Shown: positions 17,612 to 26,135 of the stretch, in pieces
How positions within the stretch are numbered: position 1 is the stretch's first letter
Layout of the letters: each line of letters opens with the position of its first letter
Source of the DNA: Candidatus Rokuibacteriota bacterium
GTDB lineage: Bacteria; JAUVQV01; DATDCY01
Reading direction: 5' to 3'
Assembly: GCA_031406795.1 (NCBI GenBank)
Contig: JANOHV010000262.1
Coordinates: forward strand, 723 to 64,722
DNA: 64,000 nucleotides
The notes under the pieces: generated by a model
Told to the model about the DNA's origin: nothing
Seen by the model: only the letters and a program-made list of their open reading frames with translations
Database searches by the model: none
Position numbers and translations under genes: made by a program

Positions 17612-19193
17612 CGCCGCCGCGCAGCTGCCCACGGCCGCGGCGGGGCGGCTCGTGCGCCTCTGGCGCTCGCCGGCCTTCCCGGCGGTTCTCCAGGCGGCGG
17701 CGCTCGCCGTGCTGATCGCGCTGATCGCGGCCGGCTGGGGCCGCACCGGGTTGCCCGGCAGCGGCGCCGCGGTGCCCCTGCTCTACACGAACCTCGCCGC
17801 TCTCGGCTTCTGGACGCTCTGGCTGATGAGCCTGATCCTGCTGCTGCCCGGCGTCGGGCGTCTCTGGTGCACGGTCTGCCCCGTCGGTTGGTGCAACGAC
17901 CTCGCCTCGCGCGCCGGCGCGAAGGCCGACTACCCGCGGCGGCTGCAGCACCTGGGCCTGATGGCGCTGCTGCTGTTCGGCTTCAACGCCGCCGCGGAAC
18001 TCTGGGCGCTGAACCGCTCGCCGGATGCGACCGCGAAGCTGCTGGCTCTCGCGCTCGCCGCAGCGGTCGTCGCCGGGCTGGCATTTCGCGGGCGCGTCTT
18101 CTGCCGCTACTGGTGCCCGGTCGGCGGGATGATCGCGCTGACCTCGCGCCTCGCGCCGGTGGAGGTCGCCGTCCGCGACCTCGGCGTCTGCCGCCGTTGC
18201 GAGACCAAGGCCTGCTTCTTCGGCTCGACCCGCTGGCACCGGCTCTCCTGGGCGGCTTGGCACACCGTCTTCCCCCACAAACGGCCGGGGTGTCCCGCGT
18301 ACCTCTTCCCCCCCGAGGCGGCCCAGGGCCCGCACTGCCTGATGTGCACCGGCTGCATCAAGAACTGCCCGCACGACAACGTCCGCTGGGGTTTGCGGCC
18401 CTTCGCGTCGGGGCTCTGGCCCGCCGCGGCGCGCGACCGGGGCGAGGCGCTGCTGCTGGTCGTGATGACGGGGCTGGTCTTCCACCGGCTGGCGCGGTTC
18501 TGGGGCGGGCTGCGCGCCGTCGTGGAGTGGCCGACGGAACTGCTGGCGGCCGCCGTCCCGTCGCTGCCGACGCTCGCGCTCAAGGGAGCGAACCTGCTCT
18601 GCGGCTTCGTGCTCTGGCCGCTCGCGTTCTACCTCGTCCTCGGGGTCGTCGCCCGGGCGGCCGCGCAGATCAGCGTCGCGCCGTGGCCCGCGCCGGGGGA
18701 GGAGCCGGACGGGTTGCTCTACGATGTCGCCGAGGTCGACCGCGAGCAGCGCGGACGCGAGAGCGGCTGGGCGGCGCGGCGACAGAGCGTCTGGGGCTTC
18801 ATCGCGGTCTACGGGTATGCGTTCGTCCCGCTCGTCGCCGGGGCCTACGCGGCGTTCGCTCTCGTCAAACTCAACGAGAAGGCGGGCTACCTGCCGCTGG
18901 CGCTCGCCGATCCCGCCGGCGTGAAGACCTCGGTCGCGATCAACCAGCTGCGCCTGCTCTCCGGCCCGGAGAGCATCGTGGCGCTCGCGGTGGCGCGCTG
19001 GGGCGCGGTGGCGCTCGCCGCGGCCGGGCTCGCGATCGGGCTCTGGTCCGCCGGGCGCATCGGCGCGCGGGCCTACGGCGAGGCCACGCCGGCGGCGCGT
19101 CGCGGCGCCGCGGTCTTTCGTGTCGGGCTGCTCGCGCTTGGCACGCTGCTGCTGCTCTGCTTGCGGGCCTGGCTGTTCCGCGGCGGGCGCTGA
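17574..19193 (+). CDS. membrane polyferredoxin, NapH/NosR-C-terminal-like 4Fe-4S binding protein
   Basis: ORF track 539 aa. CTVCPVGWC and CRYWCPVGG motifs within TM helices, and CLMCTGCIKNCP ferredoxin motif. The start may instead be GTG 17652 (VRLWRSPAFP), because 17574 overlaps the upstream gene by 38 nt. Confidence 0.75.
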   Translation: MGRTSPPTASTASAAAQLPTAAAGRLVRLWRSPAFPAVLQAAALAVLIALIAAGWGRTGLPGSGAAVPLLYTNLAALGFWTLWLMSLILLLPGVGRLWCTVCPVGWCNDLASRAGAKADYPRRLQHLGLMALLLFGFNAAAELWALNRSPDATAKLLALALAAAVVAGLAFRGRVFCRYWCPVGGMIALTSRLAPVEVAVRDLGVCRRCETKACFFGSTRWHRLSWAAWHTVFPHKRPGCPAYLFPPEAAQGPHCLMCTGCIKNCPHDNVRWGLRPFASGLWPAAARDRGEALLLVVMTGLVFHRLARFWGGLRAVVEWPTELLAAAVPSLPTLALKGANLLCGFVLWPLAFYLVLGVVARAAAQISVAPWPAPGEEPDGLLYDVAEVDREQRGRESGWAARRQSVWGFIAVYGYAFVPLVAGAYAAFALVKLNEKAGYLPLALADPAGVKTSVAINQLRLLSGPESIVALAVARWGAVALAAAGLAIGLWSAGRIGARAYGEATPAARRGAAVFRVGLLALGTLLLLCLRAWLFRGGR

Positions 19194-19215
19194 CGATGGG
19201 GGAGGTGGGCCTGCC

Positions 19216-20349
19216 ATGAGGTGCGGCGTGCTGTCGGGGACGGCTGTCCGGGCGGCGCTCTTCTGCCTGCTCTATGCGGCCGCCGGCCCGCGTGAGGCGC
19301 TCGGACAGGCGGCGGCCGAGAAGGCGCCCGGGACCGCGCGTCTCTTCGGAAAGATCACCCGGGACACGCGCGGCGTGGCCGGTGCCCGCGTGCTGGCGTA
19401 CGCCTCGTTCGCCGATCTGCTCGCCTTTCGCAGCGCCGCCGTCTCGGCGCCTTCCGGCGCGGACGGCAGCTATCAGCTTTCGCTCCCGGCGGGAACCTAC
19501 CAGCTCGTGGCCCGCGCGCAGGACGGGCCGCCCGACGGGCCGGTGCCGGTCGGGGGACTCCACGCATTCCACGGCTCCAACCCGTTCACCCTGTCCCCGG
19601 ACAGTTCGACCGGAGTCAATTTTTCGCTGGCTCGCAAGACGGCCGAGCCGGTCGTCAGGACGGCGGCCGACCCGGGTTCGGGGACGCTCGGCGGCGTCGT
19701 GACCTCGGAGGGCGCCGGAGTCGCCGGGGTCCAGGTCAAGCTCTACCTCGACCCGGAGAGCGCGTTTCGGGGCATGGGCTACGCCGCGGCCCCGCCGACC
19801 GACGAGCGCGGCGTGTTCAGCTTCGATTACCTGCCGCAGAGCGCTTACTACGTGGTCGCCCGCAAGCGGGCGGGGGGAGGGCCGGGTCCGCTCGTCGAAG
19901 GCGATTTCTACGGCTACTACCCCGACAACCCGGTGCAGGTGCGGGGCGGGACCGCCGTCGAGATCGCGCTGGAGCTCGTGACCCGGGGCCGCGAGGTCGG
20001 GACCGCCGACGGACGGCCCCACCCGTCGGAGACCCGCATCGCGGGCCGCATCACGGATGCCGCGGGGGGGGTCGTTCGGGGCGTCTACGCCTTCGCGTAC
20101 GAGGAGAAGGTCATGGCCCACAAGAAACCGGCGTTCATCTCGCCGGAGGTCGACGACCAGGGCCGCTATGTCATCCACCTGTCGCGGCCGGGCACCTTCT
20201 ACGTCGGCGCGCGCTCGGCCTACGGCGACTCCCCCGGCCGGGGGGAGTGGTACGGGCGCTATGACGGGACGAGCGATCACGGGGTGACGGTCGCGGCGGG
20301 CGCGAGTGCGGAGGGGATCGACATCCGTGTCGAGCGCATTCTGCCGTGA
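19216..20349 (+). CDS. secreted protein with three carboxypeptidase-regulatory-like repeats
   Basis: Track ORF 19120-20349. ATG 19216 is preceded by GGAGGTGGG. Signal peptide, then repeats ending TYQLVARAQDG, AYYVVARKRAGGGP and TFYVGARSAYGD. Confidence 0.8.
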   Translation: MRCGVLSGTAVRAALFCLLYAAAGPREALGQAAAEKAPGTARLFGKITRDTRGVAGARVLAYASFADLLAFRSAAVSAPSGADGSYQLSLPAGTYQLVARAQDGPPDGPVPVGGLHAFHGSNPFTLSPDSSTGVNFSLARKTAEPVVRTAADPGSGTLGGVVTSEGAGVAGVQVKLYLDPESAFRGMGYAAAPPTDERGVFSFDYLPQSAYYVVARKRAGGGPGPLVEGDFYGYYPDNPVQVRGGTAVEIALELVTRGREVGTADGRPHPSETRIAGRITDAAGGVVRGVYAFAYEEKVMAHKKPAFISPEVDDQGRYVIHLSRPGTFYVGARSAYGDSPGRGEWYGRYDGTSDHGVTVAAGASAEGIDIRVERILP

Positions 20350-20356
20350 GCGGCTG

Positions 20357-21208
20357 ATGCGCGCCGCGCGCCGGGGCCTGTTGCCGGCCGTCCTCGCGGC
20401 CGGTCTGCTTCCCGCGGCGGCCGCCGCCGGGGAGCTCGTCGTCCGCGGCGGCGTCGCGGCGGACGAGACCTGGGACGGAGCGGTGACCGTCGTCGGCCAG
20501 GTCGTCGTCAGAAAAGGGGTGACCCTGACGATCCGGCCGGGGACGACGGTGCGCTTCGCGTGGAGCGACGAGGACGGCAACGGCATCGGCGACGGGGAAC
20601 TCGCCGTCGAGGGGCGCCTGGTCGCCCGCGGCACCCGGGAGCAGCCGATCACGTTCACGTCCGCGCGGGAGCAGCCGGCGCCCAAGGACTGGACCTACGT
20701 GATCATCAGCACGAGCCGCGAGAGCCTCATGGAACGCTGCATCTTCGAGTACGGCTTCACCGGGCTGCAGGTGCACCTGTCGTCGGCAACGGTGCGCAAT
20801 TGCCGCTTCCGACGCAACTTCGAGGCGCTGCGGTTTTCGACCTCCGAGATCCTCGTGGAACGCAACGAGATCGCGGAGAACACCTACGGCATACGCTACG
20901 AGTCCCGGGGCTCGAGCGGCAGTATCACCCGCAACACCATCTCCCAGAACGAGTACGGCTTCTTCCCGGTCGTCAAGAACGCGGCAGGGGTGCGGATTTT
21001 CGAGAACAACGTCGTCAACCGCGAGTACAATGTCAAGATGGGCGCCGAGCAGCGAGAGGACCTCGATTTCAGCGCAAACTGGTGGGGCACCACCGTCCCG
21101 GAGGAGATCGCGGCAGGATTCTTCGACGGGCGGCGGGAAGCGTCGATCGGCCGGGTGCTTTTCGAGCCGTTCCTGGACAAGGCGGTCGTGCCGTGCGGAC
21201 CCTTCTGA
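20357..21208 (+). CDS. right-handed parallel beta-helix repeat protein (NosD-like), secreted
   Basis: Track ORF 20306-21208; internal ATG 20357 (MRAARRGLLPAVLAAGLLPAAAAAG signal). Repeated ..N.I..N..G motifs (VRNCRFRRNFEALRF, VERNEIAENTYGIRY, ITRNTISQNEYGFF, FENNVVNREYNV). Its closest paralog in this window is 57163-58005. Confidence 0.8.
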   Translation: MRAARRGLLPAVLAAGLLPAAAAAGELVVRGGVAADETWDGAVTVVGQVVVRKGVTLTIRPGTTVRFAWSDEDGNGIGDGELAVEGRLVARGTREQPITFTSAREQPAPKDWTYVIISTSRESLMERCIFEYGFTGLQVHLSSATVRNCRFRRNFEALRFSTSEILVERNEIAENTYGIRYESRGSSGSITRNTISQNEYGFFPVVKNAAGVRIFENNVVNREYNVKMGAEQREDLDFSANWWGTTVPEEIAAGFFDGRREASIGRVLFEPFLDKAVVPCGPF

Positions 21209-22296
21209 TAGGTCTGGCAGTTTCCGTGGCGGTTGCGCTCTGGCAGCCGGCAGCTGCCGTGTCTGCGACCCACCCCGCCGGCCCGCTGCCGGCCCCGCTG
21301 CCCGGGGTCGTCGGACCCGGGGTCGAGGGACTGGCGGCGCTGCGCGGCGAGTTCGTCCCCGGCGTGGTCGTGCTCGCCTTCACCGAGCCGGGACCGGGGC
21401 CGAAGGCCGTCCCGCTCGCGGTGTCGGGAGAGACCGACGAGAGCGGCCGCTACCGGCTTGCCCTCAAGCCGGGCAGCTACTACCTCGTCGCGGTGAAGTC
21501 TGCCGGGGCGCCGTGGCCGTTTTCGGGAAAGAAGGGCGACCTGTTCTGCTACTACCTCGGCAATCCGATCGTCGTCGAGCCCGGGAAGATGACGCGGGTC
21601 GGCTTCAACATGGTCCGGGTCGGCGAGATGCAGGCGCCGATCGCGGGCGAGGGCGCCGGGATCGCCGGACAGGTGCTCTTCGAGGACAAGCCGCTCGGCC
21701 GCGCCTACGTCCACGTGTACAGCGACGCCGGCACGAATTTCCGCGGGATGGGCCTGGCGTCCGTCCCCACCGGCGAAGATGGGCGCTTCCGGATCAAGCT
21801 GCCGCCGGGCAGCTATTACGTGCTCGCGAGGAAGCGCCAGGGCGGCGGGATGTACGGCCCGCCGGGCAAGGACGACTACATCGGTTATCTGCCGGGAAAT
21901 CCCGTCACGGTGCGCCCGGGGGTGTTCTCGCCGCTGCGGTTGGAGGCCACGACCCGGGTCGATTTGCTCGAGGAGATCTGGTTCACCGAAGGGGCGAGCG
22001 CGGGGTGGTTCGAAGGGAGCGTGACCGATCCCGCGGGGAAGCCGGCCGCCGGTCTGTACGTGCTGTTCTACACCGACGCGGCGATGACCGGGACGCCGGC
22101 TTTCGTCGCCGGCCCGACCGACGCGAAGGGGCACTTCAAAGTCCGCGCCGCCGCGGGAAAGTTCCACCTGCTCGCCCGCTCGAACCTCGGGGGGCCGCTC
22201 GAGGCCGGGGAGTGGTTCGGCAAAGCCATCCTTGCCGGCGGCACCGCACCGGCGGAGGGGATCCGGATCGGCGTTTCGCGCTTCACCGGCAAGTGA
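21193..22296 (+). CDS. secreted protein with three carboxypeptidase-regulatory-like repeats
   Basis: In-frame part of track ORF 20560-22296. GTG 21193 (VRTLLIGLAVSVAVALW signal) overlaps the upstream gene by 16 nt. Repeats end in SYYLVAVKSAGAP, SYYVLARKRQGGG and KFHLLARSNLGGP. Confidence 0.75.
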   Translation: MRTLLIGLAVSVAVALWQPAAAVSATHPAGPLPAPLPGVVGPGVEGLAALRGEFVPGVVVLAFTEPGPGPKAVPLAVSGETDESGRYRLALKPGSYYLVAVKSAGAPWPFSGKKGDLFCYYLGNPIVVEPGKMTRVGFNMVRVGEMQAPIAGEGAGIAGQVLFEDKPLGRAYVHVYSDAGTNFRGMGLASVPTGEDGRFRIKLPPGSYYVLARKRQGGGMYGPPGKDDYIGYLPGNPVTVRPGVFSPLRLEATTRVDLLEEIWFTEGASAGWFEGSVTDPAGKPAAGLYVLFYTDAAMTGTPAFVAGPTDAKGHFKVRAAAGKFHLLARSNLGGPLEAGEWFGKAILAGGTAPAEGIRIGVSRFTGK

Positions 22297-22317
22297 ACCA
22301 CCGATGATGGTTCGCCC

Positions 22318-23370
22318 GTGAAGCACGGCCGCGGTGCCCTCGCGGCGCTGGGAATGATCGTTGCCTTCTCTGCCGGTCTCGCGGCGGGGCGGCTGATCGA
22401 GTTCGGGGAGACGCCTCAGAACGGCGAGGATTTCCAGATTCGGGAAGGCCGGCAGGGATACACGAACCCGCTGCTGGAGTGCGAGATCGCCAACGAGCGG
22501 CTCGTCGCGCCGCTGCGGCCGTTCGGCAGCCGGCTGAGGGAGCTGGTAGCGTCTCTCGAGCAGGACGAGCGGACCGCCAGGGTGGCCGTCTACTTCCGCG
22601 ACCTGAACAACGGGCCCTGGGTCGGGCATCGCGAGAAGCGGCCCCACGCACCCGCCAGCCTGGCCAAGGTGCCGATCGTGATTGCCGGCTTCCGCCAGGC
22701 CGAAATCGATCCGGGCTTCCTCTCCCGCGGGATGGTGTACGAAGGGAGCGAATCGGAGCGGGAGCCCGGTTTCCTGAACCCGGAATCGAATCTGCAGCGG
22801 GGAAGGACCTACACCGTCAACGAGTTGCTGCTGCAGATCGCCAAGTACTCGGACAACGCCGCTGCGCAGTTGCTGCAGCAGGCGATTCCCCCGCGGCTGC
22901 TGCAGAAGGTCTATTTCGATCTCGGCATCGACCCGGAGCGCCTGAAGGACCCGCAGTTCGCGCTCTCGCCGAAAGAGTACGGCGCGTTCTTCCGGGTCCT
23001 GTACAACGCGAGCTACCTGAGCCGGGAGTTTTCCGAGCGGGCCCTGAGCTACTTCGACCAGAGCACGTTCGAACTCGGTCTTGTCGCCGGGGTCCCGGCG
23101 GGGCTTCCCGTGGCGCACAAGTTCGGTGTCTGGGAGGATCCGGCGCCCGGTTCGCGCCCCCCGCTTCAACTCCACGACTGCGGCATCGTCTATCACCCGC
23201 GTCGCCCCTACCTGCTGTGCGTGATGACAACAGGGGAAAACTACGTGCAGATGGCGTCGGCCATAGCCGCCGTCTCCCGCTTCGTCTACGGGGAGGTCGA
23301 CAGCGATCCGCGGCGGCCCGGCGAGAGGGCCGGGCTGCCGGACGGTGCGGACACCGTTGGTGGTCGGTAA
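22318..23370 (+). CDS. serine hydrolase, class A beta-lactamase-like
   Basis: ORF track 350 aa. SxxK (ASLAK), SDN (YSDNAAA) and K(T/F)G-like (HKFGVW) motifs in the canonical order. Confidence 0.75.
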   Translation: MKHGRGALAALGMIVAFSAGLAAGRLIEFGETPQNGEDFQIREGRQGYTNPLLECEIANERLVAPLRPFGSRLRELVASLEQDERTARVAVYFRDLNNGPWVGHREKRPHAPASLAKVPIVIAGFRQAEIDPGFLSRGMVYEGSESEREPGFLNPESNLQRGRTYTVNELLLQIAKYSDNAAAQLLQQAIPPRLLQKVYFDLGIDPERLKDPQFALSPKEYGAFFRVLYNASYLSREFSERALSYFDQSTFELGLVAGVPAGLPVAHKFGVWEDPAPGSRPPLQLHDCGIVYHPRRPYLLCVMTTGENYVQMASAIAAVSRFVYGEVDSDPRRPGERAGLPDGADTVGGR

Positions 23371-23430
23371 CGGGTCGCGGGAATCGGCCGGCGCACTATT
23401 TCGTGGCGGCACCGCGGGCGAGCCCGGGGG

Positions 23431-25206
23431 TCAGGGCCCGCCCCGCTTCGCCAGACCGGCCGCGAGTTGTGCCTTGGCCACAGCGAGGTGCTCGCGGATC
23501 GACGGGTTCCCCGGTTCAAGCGCCGCCGCCTTCTCGAGGAGCGGCACGGCCTCCCAAGCTCGTCCGGTCCGGGCGAGCGCTACTCCCAGCGCATCCAGCG
23601 TGCGCGAATTCCCCGGCTCGAGCAGCAGCGACTCGCGGTAGGCGCCGATCGCCTCGGCAGGGCGGCCGAGCCGCTCGAGCGACCTGCCGCGAAGGCGGTA
23701 CGGCGCGGGGTCGTCCCCGTCGCGGGCGCTGGCGTCGGCATACCAGGAGAGGGCCTCCTCGTGTCGCCCGAGATCCGAGAGCGCGCGGCCGAGGTTGAGA
23801 TAGCCCTTTGCTGATTCGGGGGCCAGCCGGACCGTTTCTTCAAAGTGGGGCAGTGCGGCCCGGGCGTCCCCGCGCGCGAGAAGAGCGGTGCCGAGATTGT
23901 TGTGCGCGATCCGGTTGCCCGCAGTCACCTCGAGCGCCCGCGTGAACAGCGTCACGCCGTCGCGCCAGGTGGCAACTTGCCGCGCGGTGACGACACCGAG
24001 GCACCCGACGGCGACCAGGGACGCTGCGGCGAAGGCCGGCCCCAGTCGCCCCCGCCCTGCGATCTCTCCCAGCCCCCAGGCCGCGGCCACGAAAACGCCG
24101 ACGAGCGGGAGATAGGTGTAGCGGTCGGCCATGGCCTGCACGCCGACCTGTACGATACCGATCACCGGCACGAGTGACACGAGGTACCAGAGCAGCCCCA
24201 CGAGGATCCAGGGCCTTTGGCGGGACTGACGGATGCCGATTGCGGCCAGCGTGGACAACAGAGCCAACGAGACCACGAATACGAGCGGCGGGTGCCCGTC
24301 CCAGGGGTATGGGTAGAAGACCGCGAGATCTTCGGGCCAGAGCGCCTTGCGCAGATAACCGGCCCAGGCGACAACCGCGTTGACGGCGCGCGCCGGCAGG
24401 GGAATACCCGTGGCGGCCAGCATCGCGCCGGCGCCGGCCTGCACCACCCAGGTGACGATCGCTGAAGCAACGGTGAGCACCAGCAGGGGCGCTTTTTCGA
24501 GCCAGAGGCGCGCCGGCGGCAGAGAGCCGACGAGAGGGCCGGCTGCTCGCGCGGCGCCGGGCGTCGACGCCCACCGGCCGAGAGGCCACCAGTCGAGCAT
24601 CAGCAGCAACAGCGGGAGCGTCAGCGGCATCGGCTTGGCCAGCAGCGCCAGCGCAAAGAGCAGCGGCGTCGCGAGCTTCGGAGCAACGCTGTCCGGGCGG
24701 CGCACGCCCCGGACGTACGCGAGGGCCGCCCCGAGAGCGAAGAGCGTCGAGAGCACGTCCTTTCTCTCAGCCGCCCAGGCGACGGACTCGACGTGCAGCG
24801 GGTGGACGGCGAAGAGAGCGGCAACGAGGGCGCTCGGCCAGAGCGCGCCGGTGAGGCCGCGCAGCAGCGCGAACAGCAGCACGGCGTTGACGCTGTGGAG
24901 CCCGAGACTGACCGCGTGGTGCGCTCCCGGGTTCAGGCCGAAGAGTCGCACGTCGATCTGATGCGAAATCCACGTGAGCGGGTGCCAATTCCCGCCCCGG
25001 GTCGTCGTGAAGGCCCACTTCAGCCCGGCGAGGCTCGGGCCGTTGGCGAGGTTGGGATTCGCCGTCAGGTACAGATCGTCGTCGTAATTGACGAACCCGT
25101 TGCGCAGGACCCCGCCGAGGGCGGCCCAAGTCAGCAGGACGAGAACGAGGGAAACCGTCCAACCGGATCGCCCGGCAGTCGAACGAGGCCTCGGGTCGCT
25201 GGTCAT
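23431..25206 (-). CDS. TPR-containing GT-C membrane glycosyltransferase, DUF1736/PMT-like
   Basis: Track ORF 23431-25380; trimmed to ATG 25206 (MTSDPRPRSTAGRSGWTVSLVLVLL). Motifs WHPLTWISH, HPLHVESVAWAAERKDVL, LLLMLDWWPLGRW, ADRYTYLPLVG, and C-terminal TPRs (AHNNLGTALLARGDARAALPHFEETVRLAP..). Confidence 0.8.
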   Translation of the reverse strand: MTSDPRPRSTAGRSGWTVSLVLVLLTWAALGGVLRNGFVNYDDDLYLTANPNLANGPSLAGLKWAFTTTRGGNWHPLTWISHQIDVRLFGLNPGAHHAVSLGLHSVNAVLLFALLRGLTGALWPSALVAALFAVHPLHVESVAWAAERKDVLSTLFALGAALAYVRGVRRPDSVAPKLATPLLFALALLAKPMPLTLPLLLLMLDWWPLGRWASTPGAARAAGPLVGSLPPARLWLEKAPLLVLTVASAIVTWVVQAGAGAMLAATGIPLPARAVNAVVAWAGYLRKALWPEDLAVFYPYPWDGHPPLVFVVSLALLSTLAAIGIRQSRQRPWILVGLLWYLVSLVPVIGIVQVGVQAMADRYTYLPLVGVFVAAAWGLGEIAGRGRLGPAFAAASLVAVGCLGVVTARQVATWRDGVTLFTRALEVTAGNRIAHNNLGTALLARGDARAALPHFEETVRLAPESAKGYLNLGRALSDLGRHEEALSWYADASARDGDDPAPYRLRGRSLERLGRPAEAIGAYRESLLLEPGNSRTLDALGVALARTGRAWEAVPLLEKAAALEPGNPSIREHLAVAKAQLAAGLAKRGGP

Positions 25207-25292
25207 CCGGGGATTCTCGACGCGGGGGCCGGGGTTGTCAACGACACCCGTGGCCACTGAGGGGACCAGGCGGGGTGCGTCGGTGGAGGGGC

Positions 25293-25321
25293 TTGACAAT
25301 GATGCGGATTGGCGAAAAGAT
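25293..25321 (+). promoter_or_regulatory. candidate sigma70-like promoter (perfect TTGACA, 17-nt spacer, weak -10 AAAGAT) upstream of the tiny ORF
   Basis: TTGACA at 25293-25298 in a locally lower-GC intergenic island, followed 17 nt later by AAAGAT. Confidence 0.3.
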
Positions 25322-25366
25322 GGTGCCAGACGTGAAAAAAAACACCGTGGACAAGGAGGATGGCGC

Positions 25367-25429
25367 ATGCGCAAGGTCAAGTACGTGAAGCCCGGCGTGG
25401 TGGGCGGCTCCAGCGTTCACCCCTGCTGA
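25367..25429 (+). CDS. tiny 20-aa ORF MRKVKYVKPGVVGGSSVHPC with near-consensus Shine-Dalgarno
   Basis: AAGGAGG sits 7 nt upstream of the ATG, which is unusual strength for this genome. It lies about 100 nt upstream of a four-gene coupled operon. Below the ORF-track length cutoff. Confidence 0.35.
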   Translation: MRKVKYVKPGVVGGSSVHPC

Positions 25430-25532
25430 GCCTGGTTTCGGTCGCGTTTTCCGGGCCGGCCCCCCGCGGTGTGCCGGCTCGTCTCACCTCATGAATTCTT
25501 CCGAGGCCCTCTCGGATGCGGAGGGCGCCATC

Positions 25533-26135
25533 GTGTCTCGTCTTCTGCGCCTCGTCGCCTCGCTCTGTTTCGGCGTCGTCGCGGTCGCGCTGTGTGCCGG
25601 CGGCAGCCTGGCGCACGGCGGTCCGCCGCTGCGTATCGGGGTGACGCCGGACCCCGTCGTTTCAGCCGTGGCTAGGCTCGCCCTGGTGCACCTGCGCGAG
25701 GGAGTCGGGTTCGCGGTCGACTGGCGCGAGTTCCCCGACGAAGCCGCGCTGCGGGCAGCTTTTGCCGGCGGCAAGCTCGACATCGCCGTCGCGCTGGCGG
25801 AGCCCGCACCTCCTGCACAGCCGCAGCCGGCAGCCGATTGCCCGCGCGAGACGCTTGCCGCTCTGGGCGAAGGCCTGGGCCGGCGCTGGGGCGGCGAGGC
25901 GTTTCTTCTCGGGTTCTCCGTCGGCCCGTCGGTCTGCGCCCGGCCGGCGCTGATCGTCTCTCGCGCCGTGTTGGAGGACCTGCGCTTCGGCATCCTCCGG
26001 AAAGAGAGCGGGAGGATGGCGGCGCTCATCACGCGGGAGGACGTCGCCGCGGTCCGGGCCGCGGCCGGGAGCGGCGGCGAAAGAACGGCCACGGCTGCCG
26101 CGCGCGCGGCGCTGGCGACGAAGCCGAAACCGTGA
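25533..26135 (+). CDS. secreted substrate-binding-like protein (hypothetical)
   Basis: Track ORF 25491-26135. ATG 25491 is preceded by CACCTC (the anti-SD sequence), whereas in-frame GTG 25533 is preceded by GGAGGG 7 nt upstream. Signal peptide LLRLVASLCFGVVAVALCAGG. LRIGVTPDPV..GFAVDWREFPDEAALRAAFAGGKLDIAV resembles periplasmic binding proteins. Confidence 0.5.
   Translation: MSRLLRLVASLCFGVVAVALCAGGSLAHGGPPLRIGVTPDPVVSAVARLALVHLREGVGFAVDWREFPDEAALRAAFAGGKLDIAVALAEPAPPAQPQPAADCPRETLAALGEGLGRRWGGEAFLLGFSVGPSVCARPALIVSRAVLEDLRFGILRKESGRMAALITREDVAAVRAAAGSGGERTATAAARAALATKPKP

Noticed and set aside
20896-23412. 838-aa ORF on the minus strand spanning several plus-strand genes
   Set aside because: Low-complexity Arg/Pro/Gly-rich translation, antisense to well-supported genes (CarbopepD, beta-lactamase-like). 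Typical stop-codon-poor antisense frame in roughly 70% GC DNA.
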